DNA of 64,000 bases from a virus (IMGVR_UViG_3300045988_105143:722-64721), one strand, 5' to 3'; shown: positions 19,229 to 28,870, numbered from the stretch's first letter. Program-made: numbers and translations. Notes: generated by a model from the letters alone, not told the origin.

Positions 19229-20968
19229 ATCGACTGCGACGTCTCTTCAGATAGACGAGGCGAGGTTATTGAATACATTAGACAAAAATATGGTACTGTT
19301 CATCAGATTAGAACTATTAGCTACATGCAACCTAAATCATCTGTTCAAAGGGCTGGTAAAGCATTGGGGTATGAACCATCTGCTATAGATGAAATTTCAA
19401 CTAAGATACAAACGTTAGATGAAGTAAAAGACGATAAGCTTAGAGAATTGGCTAAAAAATTCGATGGGCATATTGAAAAATATAGCGTTCACGCATCCGC
19501 CGTTGTCGTGTTCCCTAAAGATGTCTCAAATTGGTGTGCTATTGAAAAGAGTAAAGACTCATTCTCAGCGGCACAAGACTTCCACTTATTAGAAAAACAG
19601 GGAATTATGAAGCTTGATATTCTGGGATTAAAGAACTTAGATATTATAGATTGGACTATTAAACAAGTAGGTAAAGATAACTTATCTATTAGAGATATTC
19701 CATATCAAGATGACTATACATCACGTATGTTAAGAGCTGGCTTTACAGAAGGGTGTTTCCAAATAGAATCTAAAGGTATGACCGATATTATTAAGGCTAT
19801 TAATACTTCTAAAGTAGAAGACCTTATCGATACAGTTGCTTTACATAGACCAGGACCACTAGATTCTGGTATGGTAGAGGTATTTGAGCGACGTAGGCAG
19901 GGCATAGAGCCAGTTACATATCTACACCCTAAGCTAGAACCAATTCTGAAGGATACAGAGGGTATTATTTTATACCAAGAACAAATTCTACAGATTGCTC
20001 GTGAGTTGTGTGGGTATACATATGGTGAAGCCGATAATCTTAGACGTATTATTGGTAGAAAAATTGTTGATGAAATGCAACCAGCTATAGATGAGATGGC
20101 GAAGAAGGGTTTAGAAAATGGAATTCCTAAAGAAATTATGCAAGAGATATGCGACGAGATTATCACTTTTGCTAATTATGGATTTAACAAAGGTCATTCT
20201 GCGGCGTATGGGCTTCTTGCGTGGTATACGGCGTATTTAAAAGCTCATTATACACCGGAGTATATGGCATCATTGATAGAAATGGCTTCAAGAGATACTC
20301 AATCTCGTGATAAGTTGGTGTTCTTTATAGAACACTGTAAAAGAATTAACGTGAATGTTTCAAAGCCAGATTTATTAAGAGGAAGTATGCAATGTACCAC
20401 TAATGGCAGAACTGTTGTTATGGGTTTTAATACCATTGCTGGTGTTGGTCGCATTGAAATAGAACCGTCCAATAATGCTTTACAATTCTTAGAAAATAAT
20501 TTACACTTAAATAAAACGATGCTTAAAAACATTATCAAGTCAGGTGCTTGTGATGATTATACAGATAAAACTAGGTGGGAATTATTAGAATATGTCGATT
20601 GGTTAAAGGATAAGCGTAAATCAAAAGGCGAGTTTAAATACTCTGGCGAACAGGAACAGTCATATGGAGAGATGGAATATGATGTTTTACGTTACACATT
20701 CACTGATATATTTAAAGAATACGATACGAGCATAGTAGATGGAAGTACAAATGTTATAGCATTGGTTACTAAAACCAAGGCACATAGAACAAAAAAAGGT
20801 AAACCTATGGGCTTTATAGAAATATATACACCTAGTAAAGGTGCTATTAAGGCTGTAATGTTTGAGCCAAAATTTGAACTACTCAATAAAGGTCAAGTGT
20901 ATATCATGAGAATGGATAATACAGTAATACAAGATTTCATTGTCGCTAAAAAAACATTTGACAAATAA
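19229..20968 (+). CDS. dnaE: DNA polymerase III alpha-type replicase, exon 2
   Basis: The frame opens at 19214. IDCDVSSDRRGEVIEYIRQKYG...QIRTISY... continues the DnaE palm/fingers. ...FNKGHSAAYG is a conserved DnaE motif. Confidence 0.85.
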   Translation: MDCDVSSDRRGEVIEYIRQKYGTVHQIRTISYMQPKSSVQRAGKALGYEPSAIDEISTKIQTLDEVKDDKLRELAKKFDGHIEKYSVHASAVVVFPKDVSNWCAIEKSKDSFSAAQDFHLLEKQGIMKLDILGLKNLDIIDWTIKQVGKDNLSIRDIPYQDDYTSRMLRAGFTEGCFQIESKGMTDIIKAINTSKVEDLIDTVALHRPGPLDSGMVEVFERRRQGIEPVTYLHPKLEPILKDTEGIILYQEQILQIARELCGYTYGEADNLRRIIGRKIVDEMQPAIDEMAKKGLENGIPKEIMQEICDEIITFANYGFNKGHSAAYGLLAWYTAYLKAHYTPEYMASLIEMASRDTQSRDKLVFFIEHCKRINVNVSKPDLLRGSMQCTTNGRTVVMGFNTIAGVGRIEIEPSNNALQFLENNLHLNKTMLKNIIKSGACDDYTDKTRWELLEYVDWLKDKRKSKGEFKYSGEQEQSYGEMEYDVLRYTFTDIFKEYDTSIVDGSTNVIALVTKTKAHRTKKGKPMGFIEIYTPSKGAIKAVMFEPKFELLNKGQVYIMRMDNTVIQDFIVAKKTFDK

Positions 20969-20986
20969 TCTGTTTTGTGGTATAAT
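20958..20986 (+). promoter_or_regulatory. sigma-A-type promoter (overlaps dnaE stop)
   Basis: TTGACA 20958-63, 17-nt spacer ending TGG, TATAAT 20981-86, ACAG. Confidence 0.8.
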
Positions 20987-21041
20987 ACAGGTAAAGGAAG
21001 TAGATAACCTTTATTTATATTTTAGTTTACAAGGAGACACT

Positions 21042-21839
21042 ATGAATCAAGAAAAAATCAAAGAAGTTTTCGAAGTATTGAAAGCTCCATTCCACCCAGA
21101 TGATATTGAGTGGAGACCTCAACGCTTTGTTAAAAATGGTAAAACGCAAGCACTAGCTTACGTTACTGCTCGTGCAGTTATGGAAAGACTGGACGAAGCT
21201 GTAGGTCCTGCAAATTGGGATATGGGTTTAGAGCCTATTGATATGGGCGTTACATCTAAACTCGATAAACAAGGGAATACCACAGACCTTAAAGGCTTTA
21301 AGTGCACTCTAATTCTCCGTATTGAAGACGAAGATGGTAATGTGCAATTTGTACAGCGTGCTGATGTAGCAAATCTAACAGATTTTGAGGCTATTAAGGG
21401 TGGTGCTTCTGGTGCCATGAAACGAGCGGCAGTCCAATTTGGTATTGGTCGATACCTATACGGTATTGGTGATACTTGGGCTGAAACAGACGACTACGGC
21501 CGCATCAAGTCAGCCCCTAGATTACCAGACTGGGCATTGCCAGATGGTTTTACCTATCCAAATACGCCATCTAATGTAAAATATCCTACACAACCAGCTC
21601 ATGACAGTGGGGATATTCCAGTTACTGGGTTTGACACTGATGCTGACGACGAATATGGTGGCTCAGATGATAACCCATTAATTACGTTTGGTAAACATAA
21701 TGGCAAACGTTTTAGCGATATCCCATTAGATTATATCCAATGGCTATCTAATAATGCTCAAAAACCAGACATTAAAGAAGCGGCTAAGCGATGGGTAGAA
21801 AAACATGGTGGCTCTGGTTCTGAGGATGCTCCATGGTAA
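21042..21839 (+). CDS. Rad52/22-family single-strand annealing protein with a DUF3820-like C-terminal tail
   Basis: ATG at 21042 with a GGAGA ribosome-binding site. ...AYVTARAVMERLDEAVGPANW... and ...GGASGAMKRAAVQFGIGRYLYG match Rad52-fold annealases. The C-terminal FGKHNGKRFSDIPLDYIQWL motif is DUF3820-like. Confidence 0.8.
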   Translation: MNQEKIKEVFEVLKAPFHPDDIEWRPQRFVKNGKTQALAYVTARAVMERLDEAVGPANWDMGLEPIDMGVTSKLDKQGNTTDLKGFKCTLILRIEDEDGNVQFVQRADVANLTDFEAIKGGASGAMKRAAVQFGIGRYLYGIGDTWAETDDYGRIKSAPRLPDWALPDGFTYPNTPSNVKYPTQPAHDSGDIPVTGFDTDADDEYGGSDDNPLITFGKHNGKRFSDIPLDYIQWLSNNAQKPDIKEAAKRWVEKHGGSGSEDAPW

Positions 21840-22147
21840 TCTCAATGGAAGTAGCTAAAGAGCTAGGTGCTGTATCTGCTATTTTTCACGGATATATTCA
21901 TGAAAAATCTAGAAAAGGGATTATGGTAAAAGGGGTTCTAGTAACCCCTATATCCCATAAAGAATTACTAGCTCTAGGTATTATAAGAAAAAGTGCTATT
22001 ATTAGCCATTTAAGAAGCTTGATTGAACATGGCTATATTGTTATGACATCTAAAATAAATACACCTGATGATAAAGTACCATTTGCTAAATTGCAAACAT
22101 CAAAGGGTTATTTATATATGGGTACAACTGATAAGGTTAAATTATAG
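21833..22147 (+). CDS. hypothetical protein, possible winged-helix DNA binder
   Basis: GAGGA ribosome-binding site. Overlaps the previous stop. ...SHLRSLIEHGYIV resembles a wHTH recognition helix (weak). Confidence 0.4.
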   Translation: MVISMEVAKELGAVSAIFHGYIHEKSRKGIMVKGVLVTPISHKELLALGIIRKSAIISHLRSLIEHGYIVMTSKINTPDDKVPFAKLQTSKGYLYMGTTDKVKL

Positions 22148-22201
22148 ACTACTCAATATTAATAAAGATATAAAATATGTGCCATAAAGGAGAGTGATAT
22201 A

Positions 22202-22525
22202 TTGACATATGCTGGTAAACTGCAAAAGGTTGTTACATTGTATCTAAAGAAATGTTCAGATAAGCCTGCTTTCACACGAGGTAAACCAAGCCAAGATTAT
22301 TGGAGAATACGAGGATACTTTTTTAAACAAGACCCTGACATTGTGAATATAGTATATGACTTTCTTTTAGAAATGCCTAATCGAGATATTGTTCCTCCAT
22401 GGACAATTATAGATAGGGCTAGGGCGTATCAAACAGAATTAAGATGGAAAGAAGTTAAGGAGGAAAAAGTAAAGAAACATGAGGCAGTCAACCCTTATTC
22501 ATTTGATAGTTTAATGAATCTATAG
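22202..22525 (+). CDS. hypothetical protein (107 aa)
   Basis: TTG start with an AAAGGAGAG ribosome-binding site 7 nt upstream. Confidence 0.5.
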   Translation: MTYAGKLQKVVTLYLKKCSDKPAFTRGKPSQDYWRIRGYFFKQDPDIVNIVYDFLLEMPNRDIVPPWTIIDRARAYQTELRWKEVKEEKVKKHEAVNPYSFDSLMNL

Positions 22526-22537
22526 GAGTTGATATTT

Positions 22538-22696
22538 ATGAATAACAAACAAGAAATTTTACAACGCTTGACATCTATTATTGATTATGCTACACTGTCT
22601 AAGAAGCAAAACGAACTTGGACAAGGGGTTTATATTGCAATCATTAAGGATTTATGTGTTGAAATTGAAGAGCTGTTAGGAGTAAAAGAAGATTGA
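22538..22696 (+). CDS. hypothetical small protein (52 aa, below ORF-track cutoff)
   Basis: ATG 22538 with a TAGGAG ribosome-binding site. The stop overlaps the primase start. Confidence 0.4.
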   Translation: MNNKQEILQRLTSIIDYATLSKKQNELGQGVYIAIIKDLCVEIEELLGVKED

Positions 22697-24660
22697 GTGT
22701 AGAAAACCTATTAAAAACAAAAGTAGACATAGTAGAATATATCGGTAGAACAACAGAATTAAGACATAAAGGCTCGCTATTTGAAGGAAGATGCCCAATT
22801 CACGGGAGTGATGAGGGCACTCCTTTAGTAGTTTATCCACAAACTAATAGTTATTTTTGTTTCGCTTGTGAAAGCGGAGGAGATATTATACAGTTCGTCA
22901 GTGACTATGAGGATGTATCTCGCACAGTAGCTATAAAGAAATTAGCACAAGAGTGTAATATTAACTTAGACTCTGATGAAAACTGGAATAAATCAGTTAA
23001 GGTAGAAGAAGATTGTAAACGCATTATTGAACGCTCGGTAAAGCAATTGCCTAAAATACATGAGTACCTAAAGAAACGTGGTTTTACAGATGAAACTATT
23101 GGTGACTTTAAATTAGGATTTGACTCTGATTGTCTTGTAATTCCTATTTACAACGAATATGGTCAGCCAGTTGCTATAGCTAAACGGCAATTTGACCGTA
23201 GTCCTAAATACATTAACACACGCAACAATATAATGTATGATAAATCCGCCTTGTTATATAACTTAGATAAGGTTATCAAGCAAAAGAAAAAAGATACCCT
23301 ATATATGGTCGAAGGATATATGGACGCTATTAGTGGACATCAAATGGGTTTGTCTACAGTTGCGTATTGTGGTAATGAAGTACATAGGGACCAATTACGT
23401 ACACTACAGCGGACTTTACGAAAAATTCCTACTATTATATATTGCCCAGATAATGATGTGGAAGGTATTAAACGTGTCCCACGTGTGCGTGACTATTTCA
23501 AAGAAATTTTACCACGTGCAACAGTTAGAATACTAGAACTGCCAGATGGTATTAAGGATTTAAATGATGCATTGTTGGCTGGAGTTGATATTGATTCTTT
23601 ACCAAAAACACATATTGATAAATATGTATTGTGGTTTATGTTAGATAGTTGTAAATCTCCAGAGGAGGAATACGATGTAGCTCATAACTTTTTAAAAACT
23701 GTAAGCAATCCACTATTTAAGGCGGATATAATTAAAAAGCTATGTGAACGTTGGAAAAGAGAGTTCTCGGAGTTAAAGGATTTCTTTGAAAACTATCAAG
23801 AAGATACAGACGAACTCGTCCAAAACGCGGCGACAACACAAGAATCTATTGATGATTTAAAAAACTTATATCTTCGAGGAGAATATAAGACACATTTTAA
23901 GTGCTTAGATAATTGTATCGGTGGTATGGTCAAATCTCATGTGATGATTGTAGGGGCATATTCATCATCTGGTAAAACTGATTGGCTTATTGAGTATATC
24001 TTGCGACAAGTTGTTGCTAATAAGGCTAGAACTATATTCTTTTCCTTAGAAATGTCTAAGGGTAAGGTTATGGAACGTATTATTGCTAAGATTCTCCAAA
24101 TCCCTTTACGTGATGTAAGAGACTTGGTTCTAAATGGGGATGAACGTATAGCTCAGGTTGAAGCTAAATTAGCTGAACGATTAATTATCTATGATGATAA
24201 TGGTCTATCAATCGATGATATAAAGGCTCGTATCATAGCTTGTAACCGTAAAAATACTTTAGGTGGACCAGTTGATATTGTGGCTGTAGACTATTTCACG
24301 TATCTCAAAGGTGCTAACACATATGAAGGGGCTTCGGAACAGGCTTTAAAAATGAAAGGCATAGCAAAGGAATTAAATATTATCTTTGTAATGCTCAGCC
24401 AATTAAACCGTGGAGCTAATACATATAATGAGCCTACTATGGATTTACTTCGTATGACTGGCGATATTGAAGCTAGTGGCGATGTTATTATTATGCTATG
24501 GAGACCCGAGAAAGAACCAGGTCTTTCATTACAAAAGCAGGAAGAATTAAAAAACATTACTCGCATGAAGGTGGAGAAAGCACGTGATGGTATATACGGA
24601 CCAATGCGTATGGAGTTAAAATATAATTCTAATACATCAAGATTAGAAGAAATCGCTTGA
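22693..24660 (+). CDS. bifunctional DnaG-type primase / DnaB-like helicase
   Basis: CHC2 zinc finger CPIHGSDEGTP...CFACESGGD. TOPRIM motifs EGYMDAIS and DNDVEG. Helicase Walker A GAYSSSGKT, Walker B VAVDYF, and SQLNRG. Confidence 0.9.
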   Translation: MSVENLLKTKVDIVEYIGRTTELRHKGSLFEGRCPIHGSDEGTPLVVYPQTNSYFCFACESGGDIIQFVSDYEDVSRTVAIKKLAQECNINLDSDENWNKSVKVEEDCKRIIERSVKQLPKIHEYLKKRGFTDETIGDFKLGFDSDCLVIPIYNEYGQPVAIAKRQFDRSPKYINTRNNIMYDKSALLYNLDKVIKQKKKDTLYMVEGYMDAISGHQMGLSTVAYCGNEVHRDQLRTLQRTLRKIPTIIYCPDNDVEGIKRVPRVRDYFKEILPRATVRILELPDGIKDLNDALLAGVDIDSLPKTHIDKYVLWFMLDSCKSPEEEYDVAHNFLKTVSNPLFKADIIKKLCERWKREFSELKDFFENYQEDTDELVQNAATTQESIDDLKNLYLRGEYKTHFKCLDNCIGGMVKSHVMIVGAYSSSGKTDWLIEYILRQVVANKARTIFFSLEMSKGKVMERIIAKILQIPLRDVRDLVLNGDERIAQVEAKLAERLIIYDDNGLSIDDIKARIIACNRKNTLGGPVDIVAVDYFTYLKGANTYEGASEQALKMKGIAKELNIIFVMLSQLNRGANTYNEPTMDLLRMTGDIEASGDVIIMLWRPEKEPGLSLQKQEELKNITRMKVEKARDGIYGPMRMELKYNSNTSRLEEIA

Positions 24661-24685
24661 CAAAGTGTATCATTTATGGTATAAT
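24657..24685 (+). promoter_or_regulatory. sigma-A-type promoter (overlaps primase-helicase stop)
   Basis: TTGACA 24657-62, 17-nt spacer ending TGG, TATAAT 24680-85. Confidence 0.8.
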
Positions 24686-24704
24686 ATGGGTAAGAGGTGA
24701 TGAT

Positions 24705-24890
24705 ATGACAGTAGGCGAATTAATAGAAAAACTACAAAAATATGACAAACACCAAAAAGTCATACTAGATATCAACGATAATTGGGATAATCATAGTCGT
24801 GATATTGAGGCTATATATGAAGATTATCTTATTGATATGCATGGAATCTCACATAACGAAAAATGCGTATATTTAGAAACAGAAATTTAA
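24705..24890 (+). CDS. small protein, paralog 1 of MTVxxLIEKLQ family
   Basis: ATG 24705 with a GAGGTG ribosome-binding site. N-terminus MTVGELIEKLQKYDKHQKV. Confidence 0.6.
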   Translation: MTVGELIEKLQKYDKHQKVILDINDNWDNHSRDIEAIYEDYLIDMHGISHNEKCVYLETEI

Positions 24891-24909
24891 AAAGAGGAGA
24901 AACTATATC

Positions 24910-25116
24910 ATGACAGTAAAACAATTAATAGAAAAATTACAAGAATACCCTAAAAACACCGTTGTTCAGGTAGGTGCGAGTTACTCTTGGGATTATTGTC
25001 AAGGTAATATAACTGATATTATTCCAGATAAACCCCGTACCGAATATAGAAAGTCAGATATCGGTAAAACATGTATATTGTTATTAGCTGACAATGATAA
25101 GGAATTGGGAAAATAG
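24910..25116 (+). CDS. small protein, paralog 2 of MTVxxLIEKLQ family
   Basis: GAGGAG ribosome-binding site. N-terminus MTVKQLIEKLQEYPKNTVV. Confidence 0.6.
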   Translation: MTVKQLIEKLQEYPKNTVVQVGASYSWDYCQGNITDIIPDKPRTEYRKSDIGKTCILLLADNDKELGK

Positions 25117-25118
25117 TT

Positions 25119-25307
25119 ATGACTGTACGACAATTAGTAGACTTGTTATCAGACTATAGCCCCAATACATTAGTTAAGTTTGAATATTATGATGGTGATA
25201 TACAGCTTGACAGTAATATATCAGACGTGTATATGGGGAAAATATCGGATTATGGTAGTAATAATAGTAATATAGAATGTATTTATCTATACGGAGATGA
25301 CTCATAA
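25119..25307 (+). CDS. small protein, paralog 3 of MTVxxLIEKLQ family
   Basis: N-terminus MTVRQLVDLLSDYSPNTLV. Tandem with the two preceding genes. Confidence 0.6.
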   Translation: MTVRQLVDLLSDYSPNTLVKFEYYDGDIQLDSNISDVYMGKISDYGSNNSNIECIYLYGDDS

Positions 25308-25505
25308 ATGAAAGTACATGAACTACATAATATTTGGTATGACGGGAATAGAAGCGACCCGATGTTTATGATTATCTGTAAGAATATGCTTGATTATATG
25401 CGTATTGAAACAACAGAAGATAGTATTTTATACGAAGTTATGAGAGATGATGTCAAGTATAATACCGAGGATTGTTTGCGTCTACTTACAGAGGAGGAGG
25501 AATAG
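25308..25505 (+). CDS. hypothetical protein (65 aa)
   Basis: GGAGA ribosome-binding site. Abuts its neighbours. Confidence 0.55.
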   Translation: MKVHELHNIWYDGNRSDPMFMIICKNMLDYMRIETTEDSILYEVMRDDVKYNTEDCLRLLTEEEE

Positions 25506-26414
25506 GTGCCATATACAAAGTATATTTGCCCAGACGGACACGAGGTCGGTATAGATGAATGTCTTACAGCTTGTAGATTAGAAGGGCAAATCAATCCAAA
25601 TACTGGAGAATTATATTGCCCAGCTGGTAGGTGCCTTTCTAAACGTACTCTTATTGCTATAGCAGACCAGAGAGAGTGGACTGGTACTCCTAGTACTACT
25701 CAGCTATTAGCTGGTACCAGGGAAAATTATTTGAAAATTACACAGGATTATGCAATAAATCCGATGGATTCACTCTTTATGTTACATGGAACCAAGGTAC
25801 ATGATTATTTAGAAAAATACACAGATGAAGACGGTATTTCAGAAGTAAGAATTGATGATGGTACTTCTACTGGTGCGTTTGACTATTACTCATCTGAGAA
25901 CGGTGGGACATTATATGATAATAAGACGTATGGCTCTTGGAAAGTAGCTAAGGTTTTAGGCTTATATACAAAGCGTGTTCCAACAGGAGAGGTGTATAAG
26001 ACTGGAGCTAAGAAAGGTCAGCCGAAATTTCGGAATGAAATTCGTACTGACGGAGCTAAACATAGGTTAGACCTAGCAATCCAACTTAATGATTATCGGA
26101 TGAAGATAGAAAAAGAATTAAAGAAACCAGTAAATAATCTGGTATGTGAGGTAATCGTGCGCGATGGTAATACATATATTGCAACACAACGAGGTATCAC
26201 TAGCCCTGGTTATTTAGTTCCTATTAATAAGATAAGTGATAAGTGGATTGAAAGGTACATGAAAAAGAAAGCCAATGATCTAACAAAGGCTTTAGAAACA
26301 GGTACGTTACCCCCTCCATGTAGGAATTCCGAATGTTGGGGTGGTATGAAATGTGAACGCTACTGTAATGTAGCTAAGTTTTGTGATAAAGGAAAGAAAA
26401 ATGAAAACGATTAA
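25506..26414 (+). CDS. PD-(D/E)XK nuclease, Cas4/RecB-like with Cys clusters
   Basis: GTG start after GGAGGAGG. Motifs HDYLE, GAFDYY, LYDNKTYGSWK (D-x-K) and QLNDY (QxxxY). Cys-rich N-terminus and C-terminus (PPCRNSECWGGMKCERYCNVAKFC). Confidence 0.55.
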   Translation: MPYTKYICPDGHEVGIDECLTACRLEGQINPNTGELYCPAGRCLSKRTLIAIADQREWTGTPSTTQLLAGTRENYLKITQDYAINPMDSLFMLHGTKVHDYLEKYTDEDGISEVRIDDGTSTGAFDYYSSENGGTLYDNKTYGSWKVAKVLGLYTKRVPTGEVYKTGAKKGQPKFRNEIRTDGAKHRLDLAIQLNDYRMKIEKELKKPVNNLVCEVIVRDGNTYIATQRGITSPGYLVPINKISDKWIERYMKKKANDLTKALETGTLPPPCRNSECWGGMKCERYCNVAKFCDKGKKNEND

Positions 26415-26733
26415 TTTAGATAAGTTTGACGTATTGTCGGCTAACCATCTGACACTCATTGGCCAATTATTCCTAATGAAAAATAAACAATATGCCAGTG
26501 GTAACGATGTGTTGTCAGCTTTTAAAGAAAGTGCTAAACGACAGTTTGGTGAATTGACACAAGACGGCGCATTTAAGGCTTGTATGCAATTTAAAGATAA
26601 ACACGATTTAGCTTTGTTACAGCATGGTACATTGCTACCAGATGCGAAAGAGCGTTTGTATGATATTGTAGTTTATTGTTTGTTGGGTTTAGCAATTTTA
26701 AGTGGTGAAGATGAAGAGTTGCAAAGTATCTAA
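26401..26733 (+). CDS. hypothetical protein, possibly DUF1599-like
   Basis: ATG 26401. ...KNKQYASGNDVLSAFKE... and ...KDKHDLALLQH... give only a weak recollected resemblance. Confidence 0.3.
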   Translation: MKTINLDKFDVLSANHLTLIGQLFLMKNKQYASGNDVLSAFKESAKRQFGELTQDGAFKACMQFKDKHDLALLQHGTLLPDAKERLYDIVVYCLLGLAILSGEDEELQSI

Positions 26734-27388
26734 AAACTGTTTAACAACTAAAGACCAGTGTTGGATATGCGACGATTATGGGTTATATAGACCAAAAAAT
26801 AAATCTATATTATCACCAAGACAAGAGGAAAATAAAATCGCACGTAAGCTAGAAAAGAAGGTTAAAAAACAATCTTCTGCTAGTAAACGTGGGAAAAGCA
26901 ACAGGCGTAACGGAAGAAATGCCGAAAGAGAACTGGTTGCTTGGTTTGATAAGATTGGATTAACATCTAACTTAGTACCGATGTCAGGTGCATTAAAATC
27001 AGCTAATATAATTAAGGCTTTAGCTAATGATGAAATGGTTGAAAAAATGCGTGGAGACATCAAGGTAGAAATTAATGGTAACACATTTACAGTTGAGTCA
27101 AAACGCAATGTAAACTCGGATGCGTGGTACAAGAAAGCTGAGGACGGTATCGTCCACATTGATGGTTTTGCTTACTTACTAAGGCAGGATTTGTTCCATG
27201 CACTAATAAATGGTGTTAAATTAGACATAGCCAACACGATACCTGATAAAGGGTTTAAAATAGTTCACACTTATTTTAACCAAGATAATAGCGACATTGT
27301 GGTAATATCAAGACCATATTGTGATAGGTTATTTTACCTAAAGGAGGAAACATATGAAAAAATTATTAGACAAAGAAAAAGGTCTTAG
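26702..27388 (+). CDS. PD-(D/E)XK endonuclease, Holliday-junction-resolvase-like
   Basis: N-terminal Cys motif. ...NAERELVAWFDKIG... then GDIKVEINGNTFTVESK gives a D...E-x-K arrangement. Confidence 0.4.
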   Translation: MVKMKSCKVSKNCLTTKDQCWICDDYGLYRPKNKSILSPRQEENKIARKLEKKVKKQSSASKRGKSNRRNGRNAERELVAWFDKIGLTSNLVPMSGALKSANIIKALANDEMVEKMRGDIKVEINGNTFTVESKRNVNSDAWYKKAEDGIVHIDGFAYLLRQDLFHALINGVKLDIANTIPDKGFKIVHTYFNQDNSDIVVISRPYCDRLFYLKEETYEKIIRQRKRS

Positions 27389-27620
27389 CGTATCTTTAAA
27401 GGCAACTATCGAAGACAACAAGGCTAAAGTGGACTCTGATGTCCAAGTACAAGAAGCTACTATTATTGAAGTAATTTCACTATTACTCGCAATGAATGAA
27501 GCTATTATTAGTGGTCTTGAAGTAGACTTTATTAAGCCAGCTGTTATGAAAACTCTTGGTAACGCTTTGATTGAAATGGCTAATGGTAATTTCAAGGAAG
27601 ATAAAAAACTTTTAAGTTAA
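27354..27620 (+). CDS. hypothetical protein (88 aa)
   Basis: AAGGAGG ribosome-binding site. Confidence 0.55.
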   Translation: MKKLLDKEKGLSVSLKATIEDNKAKVDSDVQVQEATIIEVISLLLAMNEAIISGLEVDFIKPAVMKTLGNALIEMANGNFKEDKKLLS

Positions 27621-27645
27621 TAGTATAATTAAGGAGAATTGTTCA

Positions 27646-27876
27646 ATGTATATTTTATCAGACGATAGTAAAAAATTAATTAATGCTTGCTCTTTGTTTG
27701 TAAAACCTAAAAAGGACAAAACAGATTTAAATAAAATTACAAGTTATATGGTATTGGGTTCTATTGCAAACGGCGTGAGTGTTAAAATTAAAGAATTCGA
27801 CACTGAAGAAAAAGCACAAGCATTTATCGAGCAGGTGGCAGTTGATATTTCTGCCAATAAAAGAGCAAAGGAATAA
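27646..27876 (+). CDS. hypothetical protein (76 aa)
   Basis: AAGGAG ribosome-binding site. Confidence 0.55.
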   Translation: MYILSDDSKKLINACSLFVKPKKDKTDLNKITSYMVLGSIANGVSVKIKEFDTEEKAQAFIEQVAVDISANKRAKE

Positions 27877-27879
27877 TAA

Positions 27880-28314
27880 ATGAAAAATCTATCAGAATTA
27901 AAGGCAAGTTACGATAAGCTAAAACTCTGGTATGATGATTTAGAAGATACTGATGCAAGCTCCGCATTCGGCATTATGAAAGAGGCTTCTGCACTGCAAT
28001 CTAGCTTTGAGTTCTTGTCAGCGGATTTAGGCAAAGAATTAAGCGATGCTGAGCGTAGTGCGAAAGCTACTCATGCTACAGTTAGTAGCTCATTGTCAAC
28101 TAAGGTAAATGAGGGAGATAGGTTGGCTACAAAGTCGATTGAGGTATTGGAAGCCTGGGAACACGTATCTTCAATACAGCGTTCTCAGCGTTATATTGAT
28201 GCCATATCTAAGCACTTGTCTCGCATATACTTTGACTCAAAATTGATATTTGAAAATGCTTGTAGAGCTATGCGTCAGCCAGTAGGAGTTGATAAGCTTG
28301 TTGGACATGTTTGA
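27880..28314 (+). CDS. hypothetical protein (144 aa)
   Basis: AAGGA ribosome-binding site. Helical composition. Confidence 0.55.
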   Translation: MKNLSELKASYDKLKLWYDDLEDTDASSAFGIMKEASALQSSFEFLSADLGKELSDAERSAKATHATVSSSLSTKVNEGDRLATKSIEVLEAWEHVSSIQRSQRYIDAISKHLSRIYFDSKLIFENACRAMRQPVGVDKLVGHV

Positions 28315-28339
28315 CAAATTAACAGAATTAGCGTATAAT
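28311..28339 (+). promoter_or_regulatory. sigma-A-type promoter
   Basis: TTGACA 28311-16, 17-nt spacer, TATAAT 28334-39. Lacks the TGG extended -10. Confidence 0.65.
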
Positions 28340-28464
28340 ACTGGTGAAGAGATTTTTGAGATGTATAGGACTCCAATAGATGTAATTGTCTCGGAACCCT
28401 ATATGGCTTTCATCATCATTATGGATAATAAAATAGTATTTAAATATCAGATAGGAGACAGATT

Positions 28465-28710
28465 ATGAAGGATAAAATATTTGGGTTCTTGTATTTGTTA
28501 GGCAACTCTGTAATGAGAGCTGTATGCATCGCCTTAATATTGATGTGGGCTGTACTTGTACCATATTTATACTTTACATCTAACCATAGCTTAGCGGAGT
28601 GGTTTATTCCATTAGTATATGGCTGTTCCTTTGTTAGCATTATGAAGTGCTTACGAGATTTATTAAACGACGACTTTGGAGAAAATGACGATGAGTTCCC
28701 AAAAGTTTAA
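28465..28710 (+). CDS. small membrane protein (81 aa)
   Basis: TAGGAG ribosome-binding site. Two hydrophobic helices. Confidence 0.55.
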   Translation: MKDKIFGFLYLLGNSVMRAVCIALILMWAVLVPYLYFTSNHSLAEWFIPLVYGCSFVSIMKCLRDLLNDDFGENDDEFPKV

Positions 28711-28870
28711 AAGGTATGATAAAGTAAAAACTCCAAAAGGCATTATTGTAATCCAATCTATACAATACGACCCTAAGAGTGATGAATACTCTTATTCTAT
28801 CTTAGGTCCTAAGAGCCATTTTTGGAGGCAAAGTGAGTGTGAATTGGTAGAAAGGTATAAGAAAGCATGA
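28691..28870 (+). CDS. hypothetical small protein (59 aa)
   Basis: ATG 28691 lies 8 nt after GGAG. The upstream TTG and ATG alternatives are too close to the ribosome-binding site. Confidence 0.45.
   Translation: MSSQKFKRYDKVKTPKGIIVIQSIQYDPKSDEYSYSILGPKSHFWRQSECELVERYKKA

Noticed and set aside
17343-20968. Intein as the explanation for the split DnaE
   Set aside because: The insert contains in-frame stop codons right after exon 1 and again before exon 2. The endonuclease has its own ribosome-binding site and start. There are no Cys/Ser...HN splice-junction residues in frame. An RNA-level group I intron fits better.
28361-28468. 35-aa ORF between the promoter at 28311 and gene 28465
   Set aside because: It shows ATGA coupling to the next gene, but the ribosome-binding site is very weak and the ORF is tiny. 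There is not enough support to annotate it.
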